DNA from: a virus
Lineage: Duplodnaviria > Caudoviricetes
Virus record (IMG/VR): IMGVR_UViG_3300045120_000351
Location: 1-57,336 of that record
Length of the DNA stretch: 57,336 nucleotides
Strand: one strand, 5' to 3'
Positions within the stretch are counted from its first letter, which is position 1; the number at the start of each line of letters is the position of its first letter. The notes below the pieces were generated by a model. It was not told the origin of the DNA and made no database searches. It was given only the letters and a program-made list of their open reading frames with translations. The translations under genes were made by a program, and so were the position numbers. This document shows, in pieces, positions 8,514 through 16,632 of the stretch.

Positions 8514-9695
8514 ATGGCGGTAGCAGCGGTAGCGCCACAGAGTTTTACCTATCAGCGTGGCGTGCGCGGCAAATCTGCGCCCCTCATAATGATCTCGGGC
8601 CCACCAGGCACGGGCAAAACGTACTCAGCGTTGCGCCTGGCGCGCGGGATGGCGGGGCCTGGTGGCAGGGTCTTCGTCGCCGATACTGACAACGGCCGTG
8701 CACAATTCTATGCCGACGACTTCGCGTTTGAGCATTTGAATCTGCACGAGCCATTCCGTCCGGCGAAATTCGAGGAGGCCGCGCGCCAGGCGCAGCAACA
8801 AGGTGCTGCCGTGCTGGTGATGGACAATTTCATGCATGAGCACGCGGGGCCCGGCGGCATGCTCGAGTATCACGAGGAGATCCTCGAGCGACTGACCAAG
8901 GGCGACATCAGCAAGCGCGACAGCCTCAATATGATCGCCTGGGCGAAGGTGAAGCCCGAACACAAACACATGCGCGAACGGCTCTACCAGCTGAATGTTC
9001 CCGTGATTTTATGCTGCGGCGCCGAAAAGAAGATCGCCATGGTCAAGCAGACCGAGGGACGCGACAAAGGCAAGGTGATACCCGTCGACCAGGGCTACAT
9101 GCCGATCTGCGGCCAGGACATCCCGTGGGCCATGACAATCAGCCTGATGCTCGAGGACGTCGCCAGGCCGGGCGTGCCGCGTCCTATCAAAGCGCTGCTC
9201 CCCGCGCTGAAGCCGATCATCCGCCTCGATCAGCCGCTCGATGAAGCGACCGGCGCGGCGATCGGCGCGTGGGCAAAAGGGGGGCCCGCCGTTGAGCGAT
9301 CGACGACGGGCCCAAGTTCCCGAAAGGAGGAAACGAGCATGGCACCAACGCAGCCGGAGCCACCGTCGGAGCCACCACCATCAGTGCCACCGGCCGACGA
9401 TGTTGCACAGCGTCAAGATGATGACGCGGTGCCGCCGGCCGACGAGGCGCCGCGCCAGCCCAAGCGCAAGCCGGAAGAGGCGGATATCGAGGAGGGGGCG
9501 AAGACGCTCGGCGCGAAGTTCCTCGGCGTCGCGGATCGCCGGGGCTACCTGGCGCTGGTGGACGACAAAGATATCCGCAATCAAATCGGCTGGCTGAAGA
9601 AGAATAGACGAGAGCTATTTGAGCGCGAGGTCGACAAAGCCATGAAAGCGTCCTGGATAAGGACCGACACAACAAAGCAGGGGGAACGAGCATGA
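8514..9695 (+). CDS. AAA-family ATPase (Sak4-like recombination protein)
   Basis: Walker A GPPGTGKT; ADTDNG; VLVMDNFMHEH; follows the exonuclease. Confidence 0.8.
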   Translation: MAVAAVAPQSFTYQRGVRGKSAPLIMISGPPGTGKTYSALRLARGMAGPGGRVFVADTDNGRAQFYADDFAFEHLNLHEPFRPAKFEEAARQAQQQGAAVLVMDNFMHEHAGPGGMLEYHEEILERLTKGDISKRDSLNMIAWAKVKPEHKHMRERLYQLNVPVILCCGAEKKIAMVKQTEGRDKGKVIPVDQGYMPICGQDIPWAMTISLMLEDVARPGVPRPIKALLPALKPIIRLDQPLDEATGAAIGAWAKGGPAVERSTTGPSSRKEETSMAPTQPEPPSEPPPSVPPADDVAQRQDDDAVPPADEAPRQPKRKPEEADIEEGAKTLGAKFLGVADRRGYLALVDDKDIRNQIGWLKKNRRELFEREVDKAMKASWIRTDTTKQGERA

Positions 9696-9807
9696 GCACA
9701 ATGCGACGACGCAGGGTAAGGCGGGCGCTCCGGGAGTGGCGGCTCGATCTGCTCTTGGTGATCACCTCAGGCGTGGTGATAGCGGGCATACTGAAGGGGC
9801 TACGTTG

Positions 9808-10005
9808 ATGGCATATCGTGACAACGAGCTCCACGACATGCAGCGTATCATCGCCATCCTGGCGGCGCTGCCGCCGTCGGCGCGGCGCCGGGTGCTGCAA
9901 TATGTTGCCGACCGCATCGAAATGATGACGCCCTTCCCGGCGCTACGAAAGCCCGCCGTCGAGGTGCTCGAAGAGCCGGATCTACTGAACGAGGAGACCG
10001 CGTGA
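9808..10005 (+). CDS. hypothetical protein
   Basis: Start MAYRDNE; coupled ORF chain. Confidence 0.55.
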   Translation: MAYRDNELHDMQRIIAILAALPPSARRRVLQYVADRIEMMTPFPALRKPAVEVLEEPDLLNEETA

Positions 10006-10238
10006 TGGACGCCGCAGAGATCGCAGCTGAAGCCCAGAGGTGGATGGCGCGCGCCAACGAGGTCAAGGCAGAGCCCGGCGACGTGCTGGCGATCATGTCC
10101 TTTGTGCTGGGGCAGTTGCTGCACGAGCATACGCCGGACGAGTTCCGCGCAGTGTTGGCGCTGGGCCTGCTGAACCGGCAGTCGATGCAGTACTTCCAGG
10201 AAGCCCGGGACCGCCACGCCCACGGCACGCTGCACTGA
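10002..10238 (+). CDS. hypothetical protein
   Basis: GAGGAG RBS; coupled ORF chain. Confidence 0.6.
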   Translation: MMDAAEIAAEAQRWMARANEVKAEPGDVLAIMSFVLGQLLHEHTPDEFRAVLALGLLNRQSMQYFQEARDRHAHGTLH

Positions 10239-10453
10239 TGCCGCCGCCGGCGTTTACCCTGGAGCCGCGCCCAGGCTTCAACTGGCAGGCTGTGGGATGG
10301 GGCGGGCCCGACGAGCCCGTGAGCGAGACTTGCTCGTATTGCGACGCCAGGATCCCCGAGAACTTCATACCGCTGATCCTGTGGAACAAAGACGGCTGGT
10401 GCGCTCGCTTCTGCCGGAAGTGCTGCCGGAAATGGTGGGGGATGACCGGATGA
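10238..10453 (+). CDS. small Zn-finger protein
   Basis: CSYC...FCRKC; TGATG coupling. Confidence 0.6.
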   Translation: MPPPAFTLEPRPGFNWQAVGWGGPDEPVSETCSYCDARIPENFIPLILWNKDGWCARFCRKCCRKWWGMTG

Positions 10454-10779
10454 GCAAGACACGCGCGCTGTGCGTGATGGTGCAGCTGGAGACCGACGAT
10501 CCACATATGTCGCCCAAAGCGCTCGAGCGAGCGCTGGAGGATGCCGACGCGACCGTGGACATGCGTCGTACGATACTGTCGCACATGCCGCAGGACATCA
10601 CGCGGCTGATCGCGATCTTCCCGGTCGAGCACGCCAGGCTTCTCATGATGGTGCACGAGATCTATGGCGCCAGCATCGTGGCGCATCTGCGTGAGCACGG
10701 CTTCGACGTGCCGGGCTTCGTCGAGCGGATGATCCTGGATTTTGCCCGGCCGCCGGCAAGCTACAAGAGACCGCCGTGA
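10450..10779 (+). CDS. hypothetical protein
   Basis: Start MSKTRAL; ATGA overlap. Confidence 0.6.
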   Translation: MSKTRALCVMVQLETDDPHMSPKALERALEDADATVDMRRTILSHMPQDITRLIAIFPVEHARLLMMVHEIYGASIVAHLREHGFDVPGFVERMILDFARPPASYKRPP

Positions 10780-10897
10780 TGCGGAGGATCAGTCGTGCTG
10801 AGTACTACGCCAATCGCCGGGTCTATCGCATGTGGCGCAGCGGCCGGATCTCGTTCACCGCGTTCGATTGGTGGCTACGGTCGATGAGTGGCGTGTG

Positions 10898-11122
10898 ATG
10901 ACGCCAGCGAACGATGAGGCCGCCGGCATAGCGCTGACCGAGGAGATCATGGGCGTCGTGCTGCCTATCCTGAACGGGAAGCCGACGGACCTGGCGATCG
11001 AGGCGCTGGCGGCAGCCTTCGTGTCGTCACTCGCCGGCGGCGTGACGGACGAGCGCGGCGCCCGCATTGTGCTGCACCGCTTCGCCGAGCGGATCCTGGA
11101 TTTTGCCCAGCTGCTCCAATGA
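10898..11122 (+). CDS. hypothetical protein, resembles 15911..16162
   Basis: LTEEIMGVVLPILNGKPTD vs LIAEIHPILAGNPPE. Confidence 0.55.
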   Translation: MTPANDEAAGIALTEEIMGVVLPILNGKPTDLAIEALAAAFVSSLAGGVTDERGARIVLHRFAERILDFAQLLQ

Positions 11123-11349
11123 CCACCGGCCATATCATGTGGAAATGGACATTCGGCTATGACGCTGCCGATCCAGCGGGCGACGTGAGGATCGTGGCTT
11201 ACCGCTTCCACGACACCCCCGAGGACGACGGATCAGTTGCCATCGAACTCAACGCCGAAAACGGAAAAGAGGGGGCGGGATACGAGGTACGCCTCACCCG
11301 CAAACAGGCTCGCGAGCTTGCCCGCTTCCTGCTGTTGATAACTGAATGA
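11119..11349 (+). CDS. hypothetical protein
   Basis: Coupled ORF; VRLTRKQARELARFL helix. Confidence 0.6.
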   Translation: MTTGHIMWKWTFGYDAADPAGDVRIVAYRFHDTPEDDGSVAIELNAENGKEGAGYEVRLTRKQARELARFLLLITE

Positions 11350-11361
11350 GGAGGGAGATCG

Positions 11362-11748
11362 ATGTCGCGTTGGACCCACGCCGTCTGCGACATTTGCTGG
11401 GACGCACAGGAGCCTGGAGTGCTGCCGCTGCGCCTGGCGCGCCCGGTGATCGAGTATTGCGGCTGGTGCGCCCAGCGGACTGAGTCCGGCATCTATCGCC
11501 GGGAGGATCCGGCCGTGGTGCCGTTTCCTGACCGGCCGGCTGACGCGCGAGCCTACGTCGCCCAGTTCCGCCGCTTCACCATGCCGGGGGCGGAATACGT
11601 GGACACCCCGAGCCGCCGGATCGATCTCAGTCGGATGACCGACTCGGACGCGGTGTTTGTCGCCGGGGAATTCCGTCGGCTTCTGGCCGAGGCTACGGCC
11701 CGCCGGGCGGCCCGTCCCCCGCCGCCCCGAGGCCTGCGCCTGACCTGA
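11362..11748 (+). CDS. Zn-finger-containing hypothetical protein
   Basis: CDIC...CGWC; strong GGAGG RBS. Confidence 0.6.
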   Translation: MSRWTHAVCDICWDAQEPGVLPLRLARPVIEYCGWCAQRTESGIYRREDPAVVPFPDRPADARAYVAQFRRFTMPGAEYVDTPSRRIDLSRMTDSDAVFVAGEFRRLLAEATARRAARPPPPRGLRLT

Positions 11749-11940
11749 GTGGACAGAATCGGCGGGCGGGCGCACTTTTCGGGCCGGAGAAGTACTCATG
11801 CCCTAAAAAGCCGAAAGCCGCCCACTAGGGACGGCCCCGGATATTCCCAACTCGCAATTGGAAGCATCCGGCATGCTGCAGCGAAAAGCAAGCCCCGCTG
11901 CAGCGGCCCCAGTGGACGGCATCGGCATCGGAGGAAACCG

Positions 11941-12510
11941 ATGACGCAGCGCCGCCCCAGTTCACCCAGCCAACGCCCATGGCATCGCGGCTCGCAGTTC
12001 GGGCCAGGCCGCCGCCGGCCGCTCGATCGCAACGACAGAGCGCGGTGGCGCTACATCGTCCACCACCACACCAGGGCTGGCAGGATCGGGCCCAAGGGCG
12101 CCTGGGCGCTGGAGCTCTTACCGGACTATCTGGCGCGCGACGGGCGCTGTGACCCCTCCCACGCTCGCCTGGCGGCAGACTCTGGGGCGTCGGTGAGTGC
12201 CGTCGAGCAGGCACTGAAGGACGCCAGGGCACTCGGGCTGCTCGACTGGGATCGCCGGCTTGTCAGGAACGGTTGGCGGGCAGAGCAGACGTCGAACGCC
12301 TACGTCCTGATGGTGCCCGTGGAGGGCGGGCCTCCGCCCGCAACACCGGCCCCTTTCAAGAGCATAAAGCTTGAATCTTCTTTCACCGTGGTCGCGACGG
12401 TCGCAGCGCTGCCGGTGCTGGATCCGGCCGCCGTGGCGGCTCGAATCGCCGCCAAGATCGCGGAGGAAAAGCGTGTGTGGCGGGCCCGACTCGCCTCGAC
12501 TCGGTTTTGA
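11941..12510 (+). CDS. plasmid-type replication protein (winged HTH RepA-like)
   Basis: PWHRGSQFGPGRRRPLDRNDRAR...GRCDPSHARLAADSGASVSAVEQAL...GLLDWDRR...EQTSNAY; GAGGA RBS; about 190-nt leader. Confidence 0.7.
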   Translation: MTQRRPSSPSQRPWHRGSQFGPGRRRPLDRNDRARWRYIVHHHTRAGRIGPKGAWALELLPDYLARDGRCDPSHARLAADSGASVSAVEQALKDARALGLLDWDRRLVRNGWRAEQTSNAYVLMVPVEGGPPPATPAPFKSIKLESSFTVVATVAALPVLDPAAVAARIAAKIAEEKRVWRARLASTRF

Positions 12511-12585
12511 ATCATGGTTCTCTCCCTGTTCCCATCCGCAAAACGCGATCCGCCGAGGAGGCATTTGCGGATATAACCGGAGGTT

Positions 12586-12993
12586 GTGAGGTTGGACGAT
12601 CCACTCAACTGGCCGCTGGAGAAACTGCGCCCGATGTCCACCCGCCTGTGGCGCTGCCTGACGTACGACGGCTGGACGACCGTGGGCGATATCGTCGCGC
12701 TCACCGAGCGGGAGCTCCGGCGCATCCAGGGCTTTGGCAACAAGACCGCGAAGGAATTGAAGGACAAGCTGGCCGAGCACGGCCTGTCGCTGGCGCGGGA
12801 TCCCGACGCACGCGACGCCCCCCGGCGCTATGGCCAATTCAGCGCGGAGGAGCGGGCGGGCATGTTTATGGCGTGGTGCGCCATGCACGGCTTCGGTTTG
12901 AGTGGCTGGCCGGAGGGCGCCGCCGAAAGACTGGCCGATCACATCCGCGCCGGAGAACGTCCGTTCCCACTGAAGGAGGAGGAGGTGCCATGA
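12586..12993 (+). CDS. RNA polymerase alpha-subunit C-terminal-domain-like protein
   Basis: LEKLRPMSTRLWRCL...TTVGDIVALTERELRRIQGFGNKTAKELKDKLAEHGLSL follows the alpha-CTD HhH pattern. Confidence 0.8.
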   Translation: MRLDDPLNWPLEKLRPMSTRLWRCLTYDGWTTVGDIVALTERELRRIQGFGNKTAKELKDKLAEHGLSLARDPDARDAPRRYGQFSAEERAGMFMAWCAMHGFGLSGWPEGAAERLADHIRAGERPFPLKEEEVP

Positions 12994-13082
12994 GCGTTTG
13001 GTATTGCGACAAGTGCCGGATCGCCTGGGCGTGGCCCCCGCTCTGCCCCAGGTGCGGCGCGGTCGGGACGCGACAGCAATGA
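12990..13082 (+). CDS. 30-aa Zn-ribbon peptide
   Basis: WYCDKC...CPRCG; GGAGGAGG RBS. Confidence 0.5.
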   Translation: MSVWYCDKCRIAWAWPPLCPRCGAVGTRQQ

Positions 13083-13282
13083 GGGGCTTGAGGGCCGAGT
13101 TCGTGCAATTCCCCTGCGAGGGCTGCGGCACGATCGTGACCATGTTTGGCACCGACAAGGTGCCGGATGGGCACTACTGCCTGACGTGCGGATTCATCGA
13201 GTGGTCGATCCCAGACCTGACGGTCAGGCAAGGCCTGCACGAGCACCTCGGCACGATGCGCAAGCTCGAGCTTCGGCCATGA
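13079..13282 (+). CDS. small Zn-finger protein
   Basis: CEGCG...CLTCG; coupled. Confidence 0.55.
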   Translation: MRGLRAEFVQFPCEGCGTIVTMFGTDKVPDGHYCLTCGFIEWSIPDLTVRQGLHEHLGTMRKLELRP

Positions 13283-13617
13283 GCGAGAGCGAGAAGCCCC
13301 TGATCGTGATCCACCTCGAGTGTGTGCGGCGTGGCGCGGTTGTGGCGCGCGGGTTCTTCGAGTGGGTGGAGGGAGCGCGGGACCGTTTCCAGCTTGCCAT
13401 CTTCTCGCCGCGCGCGAGCGACGATACCGGCGTGATCCTGATCAGCATGTGGTTGCATCAGGAGCGTAATATCTGGATCGCGGAGGGTGGACAGCGCCAT
13501 CCGACGGAGCCGCTGGAGATCCAGATTGGCCACGAGAAGCCCGCCGACGCGTGGCTGACGATCGATGACCCCAACGTCGACTGGGACAGCCCCTCGCTCA
13601 TCGGTGTCGGAAGATGA
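13279..13617 (+). CDS. degenerate HAD-superfamily-like protein
   Basis: LAIFSPR and EKPADAWLTIDD motifs; motif I DxD absent. Confidence 0.45.
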   Translation: MSESEKPLIVIHLECVRRGAVVARGFFEWVEGARDRFQLAIFSPRASDDTGVILISMWLHQERNIWIAEGGQRHPTEPLEIQIGHEKPADAWLTIDDPNVDWDSPSLIGVGR

Positions 13618-13793
13618 GCGACGCCGAGCGAATACTAGCGCTGCAAGAGATGGGCGACGCCGCTGCCGATTGCGTGCGGCGACTGGAGCGGCTATCGCGC
13701 TGGCTGGACGCCCTGACGGCCGACGAGGCGTTGGCATGGTCCCAGGCGCGGCAGGCGTGCGACCGGCTCTATCTCGCGGTCAACAAGCCATGA
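13614..13793 (+). CDS. small hypothetical protein (59 aa)
   Basis: Translated by hand; ATGA overlaps at both ends. Confidence 0.5.
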   Translation: MSDAERILALQEMGDAAADCVRRLERLSRWLDALTADEALAWSQARQACDRLYLAVNKP

Positions 13794-13900
13794 CGCTGGA
13801 GAGGCGCTGGGTGCTGCTCTGCGTCCTCTGGTACGTCTGCGGCCTCGCGACCGGCCTGCTTTGGGGCGGCATGCTCGCCAAAGCCAGGGGCATCTGGTGA
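13790..13900 (+). CDS. small membrane peptide
   Basis: Single hydrophobic segment WVLLCVLWYVCGLATGLLWGGML. Confidence 0.45.
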   Translation: MTLERRWVLLCVLWYVCGLATGLLWGGMLAKARGIW

Positions 13901-14154
13901 CGGCCCCCGGCTATTGGATGTACGAGACGAGCGGTGTGCTGCGGCCTGCGGTCGAGGCCTATCTGACCGGCAAGGAGATGACGCCAGAGCAGATCGTCGC
14001 CATGCGCGCGTATATCCGGCAGTGGATCTTTGCCCCGGTGTGGACAGGCCCAGAGATCGAGAGCCTGCGCGCGATGGTCGCTGGCATCACGAGTCGAGAG
14101 CGGCTTGAGTTCTGGTTGGACGAGGCCGAGGCCTGCGGGATCGATCCGCTATGA
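13897..14154 (+). CDS. hypothetical protein
   Basis: PGYWMYETSGVLRPAVEAYL...GIDPL; GTGA coupling. Confidence 0.6.
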   Translation: MTAPGYWMYETSGVLRPAVEAYLTGKEMTPEQIVAMRAYIRQWIFAPVWTGPEIESLRAMVAGITSRERLEFWLDEAEACGIDPL

Positions 14155-14330
14155 GGTGTCGGTTCGGGCACCGGCTGCACAGCCGTAACGCGACGCTGGT
14201 GCGGCACAGCAAGACCGGCAAGGCGTGGCTGCGCTGCCTCGTCTGCCACGCCGCAAGGCAGTGGCGGTTTCGTCGTCGGAGTGACGAAGCCAAAACAGAT
14301 GGATCGGCGCGGACTAGCTCTCAGGACTAA
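14151..14330 (+). CDS. small Zn-binding protein (CxxGH...CxxC)
   Basis: Translated by hand: MRCRFGH...RCLVCH; last gene before convergence. Confidence 0.45.
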   Translation: MRCRFGHRLHSRNATLVRHSKTGKAWLRCLVCHAARQWRFRRRSDEAKTDGSARTSSQD

Positions 14331-14336
14331 GCAAGA

Positions 14337-14537
14337 TCAACGAGGTGCGTGTTCGTGGCAGTAGCACCGGGTGGCTGCCCTGACGCGTGTGGTCTCCCGG
14401 GAGATGTCCGGCACTCTGGTTATGACGATGACATCGGCCGCCTCGCCGCACACGGAGCATCGGTGGCTGGCGTGGAACTCCGCGAGCGCTGCCTCGTGCT
14501 TCGCCTCGGCGGCCGCCTTGCGCTCGGCGCGACTCAT
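14337..14537 (-). CDS. small Zn-binding protein, resembles 5805..6017
   Basis: CSVCGEAADVIVI...CYCHEHA. Confidence 0.55.
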   Translation of the reverse strand: MSRAERKAAAEAKHEAALAEFHASHRCSVCGEAADVIVITRVPDISRETTRVRAATRCYCHEHAPR

Positions 14538-14842
14538 GTCCGATCCTCGATCGGCTCGATCGTGTACGCGGTCAACGGGCGGTTGGGCTTGCCGTCAGTC
14601 CGCAGGGGCACGACGGTCGACTGCGTTTGCCAGCATTCCATGACTGCGCCGATGCTATCGAACCGCATCGCCTCGCTGCGTTTCTTCGTCATGACGAGGG
14701 AGCCGCGCCCGCCGTTGGCATTGGCATCGAACGATTGGAGCCAGGAGGTTTTAAGGCGGCCTGCAGCGACATCTGCCATGTGCCGCACCTTGTCGGCCTC
14801 AGACGCTATGAGATCGTCAGTGATCCGCATGAGCCACATCAT
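14534..14842 (-). CDS. hypothetical protein
   Basis: WLQSFDANANGGRG...PLRTDGKPNRPLTAYT; coupled. Confidence 0.6.
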   Translation of the reverse strand: MMWLMRITDDLIASEADKVRHMADVAAGRLKTSWLQSFDANANGGRGSLVMTKKRSEAMRFDSIGAVMECWQTQSTVVPLRTDGKPNRPLTAYTIEPIEDRT

Positions 14843-15189
14843 GTCGGCCGTGTCGGCTTGAATGTGATGGCGCCGGTGACCGGGTCCGTGCTGACCGGCC
14901 GCAAATACCCGCAGCACACCGCGCACATGATCATCGATGCCTCATCGAGGCGCTTGGCCACACCGTCGTGTAGCTGGAGCGCCAGGCGCCTCATGTAGTC
15001 CCGGGCCTCGGGGATCTCCCAGATCTCGCGCGGATCCTCATCGTAGCCCTCGAGCGCGAGGGAGATCGGCCCCACGGTCCTGGTCCGCAGCTGGTCGTTT
15101 AGCAGGGTGATGGCGTCGGTCAGCGCCTGGTCTGAAAGGCTGTCCTTACTGCCGACGACGCAGAAAAAGACGGTTGGCTCAGGCGTCAC
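14839..15189 (-). CDS. CRR6/DUF1817-like domain protein
   Basis: LEGYDEDPREIWEIPEARDYMRRL motif; GTG start overlapping the upstream stop. Confidence 0.6.
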   Translation of the reverse strand: MTPEPTVFFCVVGSKDSLSDQALTDAITLLNDQLRTRTVGPISLALEGYDEDPREIWEIPEARDYMRRLALQLHDGVAKRLDEASMIMCAVCCGYLRPVSTDPVTGAITFKPTRPT

Positions 15190-15482
15190 GCCATCCCTCC
15201 GCGCTTTGCCAGATCGGGAAAGCCCGCCCGCGACTGGGCAAGCTGCGCCAGCGCGAGCTCGCGACGCTCTTCCGGCGACAGGCGCTCGAGCTCCGCCGCT
15301 GTCATGTGGCGCCACGCGTCGCCCTCCAGGATGTAGGGCATGCCGCAGTTCATGCAGACCGCGATGTCCCCCGGAATTGGGGGTTGAGGGGGCCCATCGG
15401 CTGGCGATGCGGCGTCCATCAGGTATCCGCACCGGCTACACAGCCAGGGGCGGAACCGGGTGACTTCGGACGGGTCAGGCAT
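15186..15482 (-). CDS. Zn-finger protein
   Basis: CSRCG...PGDIAVCMNCG. Confidence 0.6.
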   Translation of the reverse strand: MPDPSEVTRFRPWLCSRCGYLMDAASPADGPPQPPIPGDIAVCMNCGMPYILEGDAWRHMTAAELERLSPEERRELALAQLAQSRAGFPDLAKRGGMA

Positions 15483-15669
15483 CTTTGAGGTGCCAGTGCA
15501 GGTCCACGAAGTTGGTCGCGGCCGAGGTGATGCCGTTCCCATAGCGGACGAACGCGAAGAGCTCGTTGTAGCTCGTCAGCACGCCGACTTCGATCTTACG
15601 GCCGGGGAAGTCGCCCTGCTCGCAGTACACGACGATGCGGCCGAGGTCTGCCTGGGTGGGCGCAATCAT
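15475..15669 (-). CDS. small hypothetical protein
   Basis: DLGRIVVY...EVGVLTSYNELFAFVRY; coupled. Confidence 0.6.
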   Translation of the reverse strand: MIAPTQADLGRIVVYCEQGDFPGRKIEVGVLTSYNELFAFVRYGNGITSAATNFVDLHWHLKDA

Positions 15670-15914
15670 CGCCAGGGTTCCGATCGACTAGGGAACTCCA
15701 GATCGTAGGCGGCGACCATAGCCTCGACGTCGCCCAGTGGCACCGGCAGTTCGGGTAGCGCGCCCAACCTGCCCGGGATCGCCCGCGTGCAAATCTCGAG
15801 CGCCTCCTCGTGCGTGTAGCGCCCCGCCCGCGCCAGGCTGCGGACGTAGCCACAGCGCTCGGGGCCCCACCAGCCCGAGTGCTGCACCGACCACACCAGA
15901 TACAAATCGGTCAT
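15666..15914 (-). CDS. hypothetical protein
   Basis: YLVWSVQHSGWWGP..CGY...AGRYT.EEA. Confidence 0.65.
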   Translation of the reverse strand: MTDLYLVWSVQHSGWWGPERCGYVRSLARAGRYTHEEALEICTRAIPGRLGALPELPVPLGDVEAMVAAYDLEFPSRSEPWR

Positions 15915-16162
15915 TGCTTGCGCAGCCTCTGCAGGATCTCTCGTTCATTGTGCGGGATCAGCCGCCGGACGGTCTCCATGTGCATCACGAGAAGCTCCTC
16001 GCGCAGCACTGCGGATTGCTTGGTGTCGCCTCCGACGACATGCGAGGCGAGGTATGTCGCTAAGAGATCGGCCAGGACCACGCCAACGATCTCCGGTGGG
16101 TTTCCGGCCAGGATCGGATGGATCTCAGCGATCAACCGCCGCGCCAGGTCTTCGTCTTCCAT
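15911..16162 (-). CDS. hypothetical protein
   Basis: First ORF of the leftward accessory block; coupled downstream. Confidence 0.6.
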   Translation of the reverse strand: MEDEDLARRLIAEIHPILAGNPPEIVGVVLADLLATYLASHVVGGDTKQSAVLREELLVMHMETVRRLIPHNEREILQRLRKQ

Positions 16163-16179
16163 CGGGAACCCCGCAAATG

Positions 16180-16221
16180 AAAAAGGCTCCGGTCCTCCCG
16201 TTGGGGGCGAGGACCGGAGCC
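16180..16221 (-). terminator. rho-independent terminator
   Basis: Perfect 13-bp stem GGCTCCGGTCCTC/GAGGACCGGAGCC followed by TTTTTCATTT on the minus strand. Confidence 0.8.
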
Positions 16222-16249
16222 AGTGTAGACTCAGACGTGATCAGAAACA

Positions 16250-16266
16250 TATCACAGCTTGTAGCG
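16250..16266. promoter_or_regulatory. degenerate 17-bp operator
   Basis: TATCACAGCTTGTAGCG shares TCACAGCTTGT with the 53598 operator. Confidence 0.5.
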
Positions 16267-16380
16267 CGCGCAACGCGTAAGCGGTACTGACCAGTGGCAG
16301 TCGCCCGCGCCGGGTGTCGTCTGACCTTGCGCGGGGCCGCCGTCTGACCTCACCCCAAAGGGATCTTGGCCGTCAGCCTT

Positions 16381-16632
16381 TCATGGTTTCGTCGGCGCGG
16401 GCGCCGGCACCAGCCCGTGCGGGAGTGCCTCCAAAGGGATGGTCTTGCTGCACGCCTCAAGCAGCGGAACCAGCACGCGCTCGCGGGAGGCGTTCTGGGA
16501 AGACAACAAATAGAATAGCGCTCCGATGTAGATTCCATTGAGGAGCAAGATCAAAAGTAGGCTGCTTGGCAACGCTCCGATCAGCTTATTACTGATGCCC
16601 GCGACCAGGCCGTGTTGCTGCTCTTCGGTCAT
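16381..16632 (-). CDS. putative holin or lysis membrane protein
   Basis: One long TM segment; coupled to the amidase at the end of the late operon. Confidence 0.55.
   Translation of the reverse strand: MTEEQQHGLVAGISNKLIGALPSSLLLILLLNGIYIGALFYLLSSQNASRERVLVPLLEACSKTIPLEALPHGLVPAPAPTKP

Noticed and set aside
13279-13617. Active HAD phosphatase
   Set aside because: Catalytic DxD motif I is missing; kept only as a degenerate call
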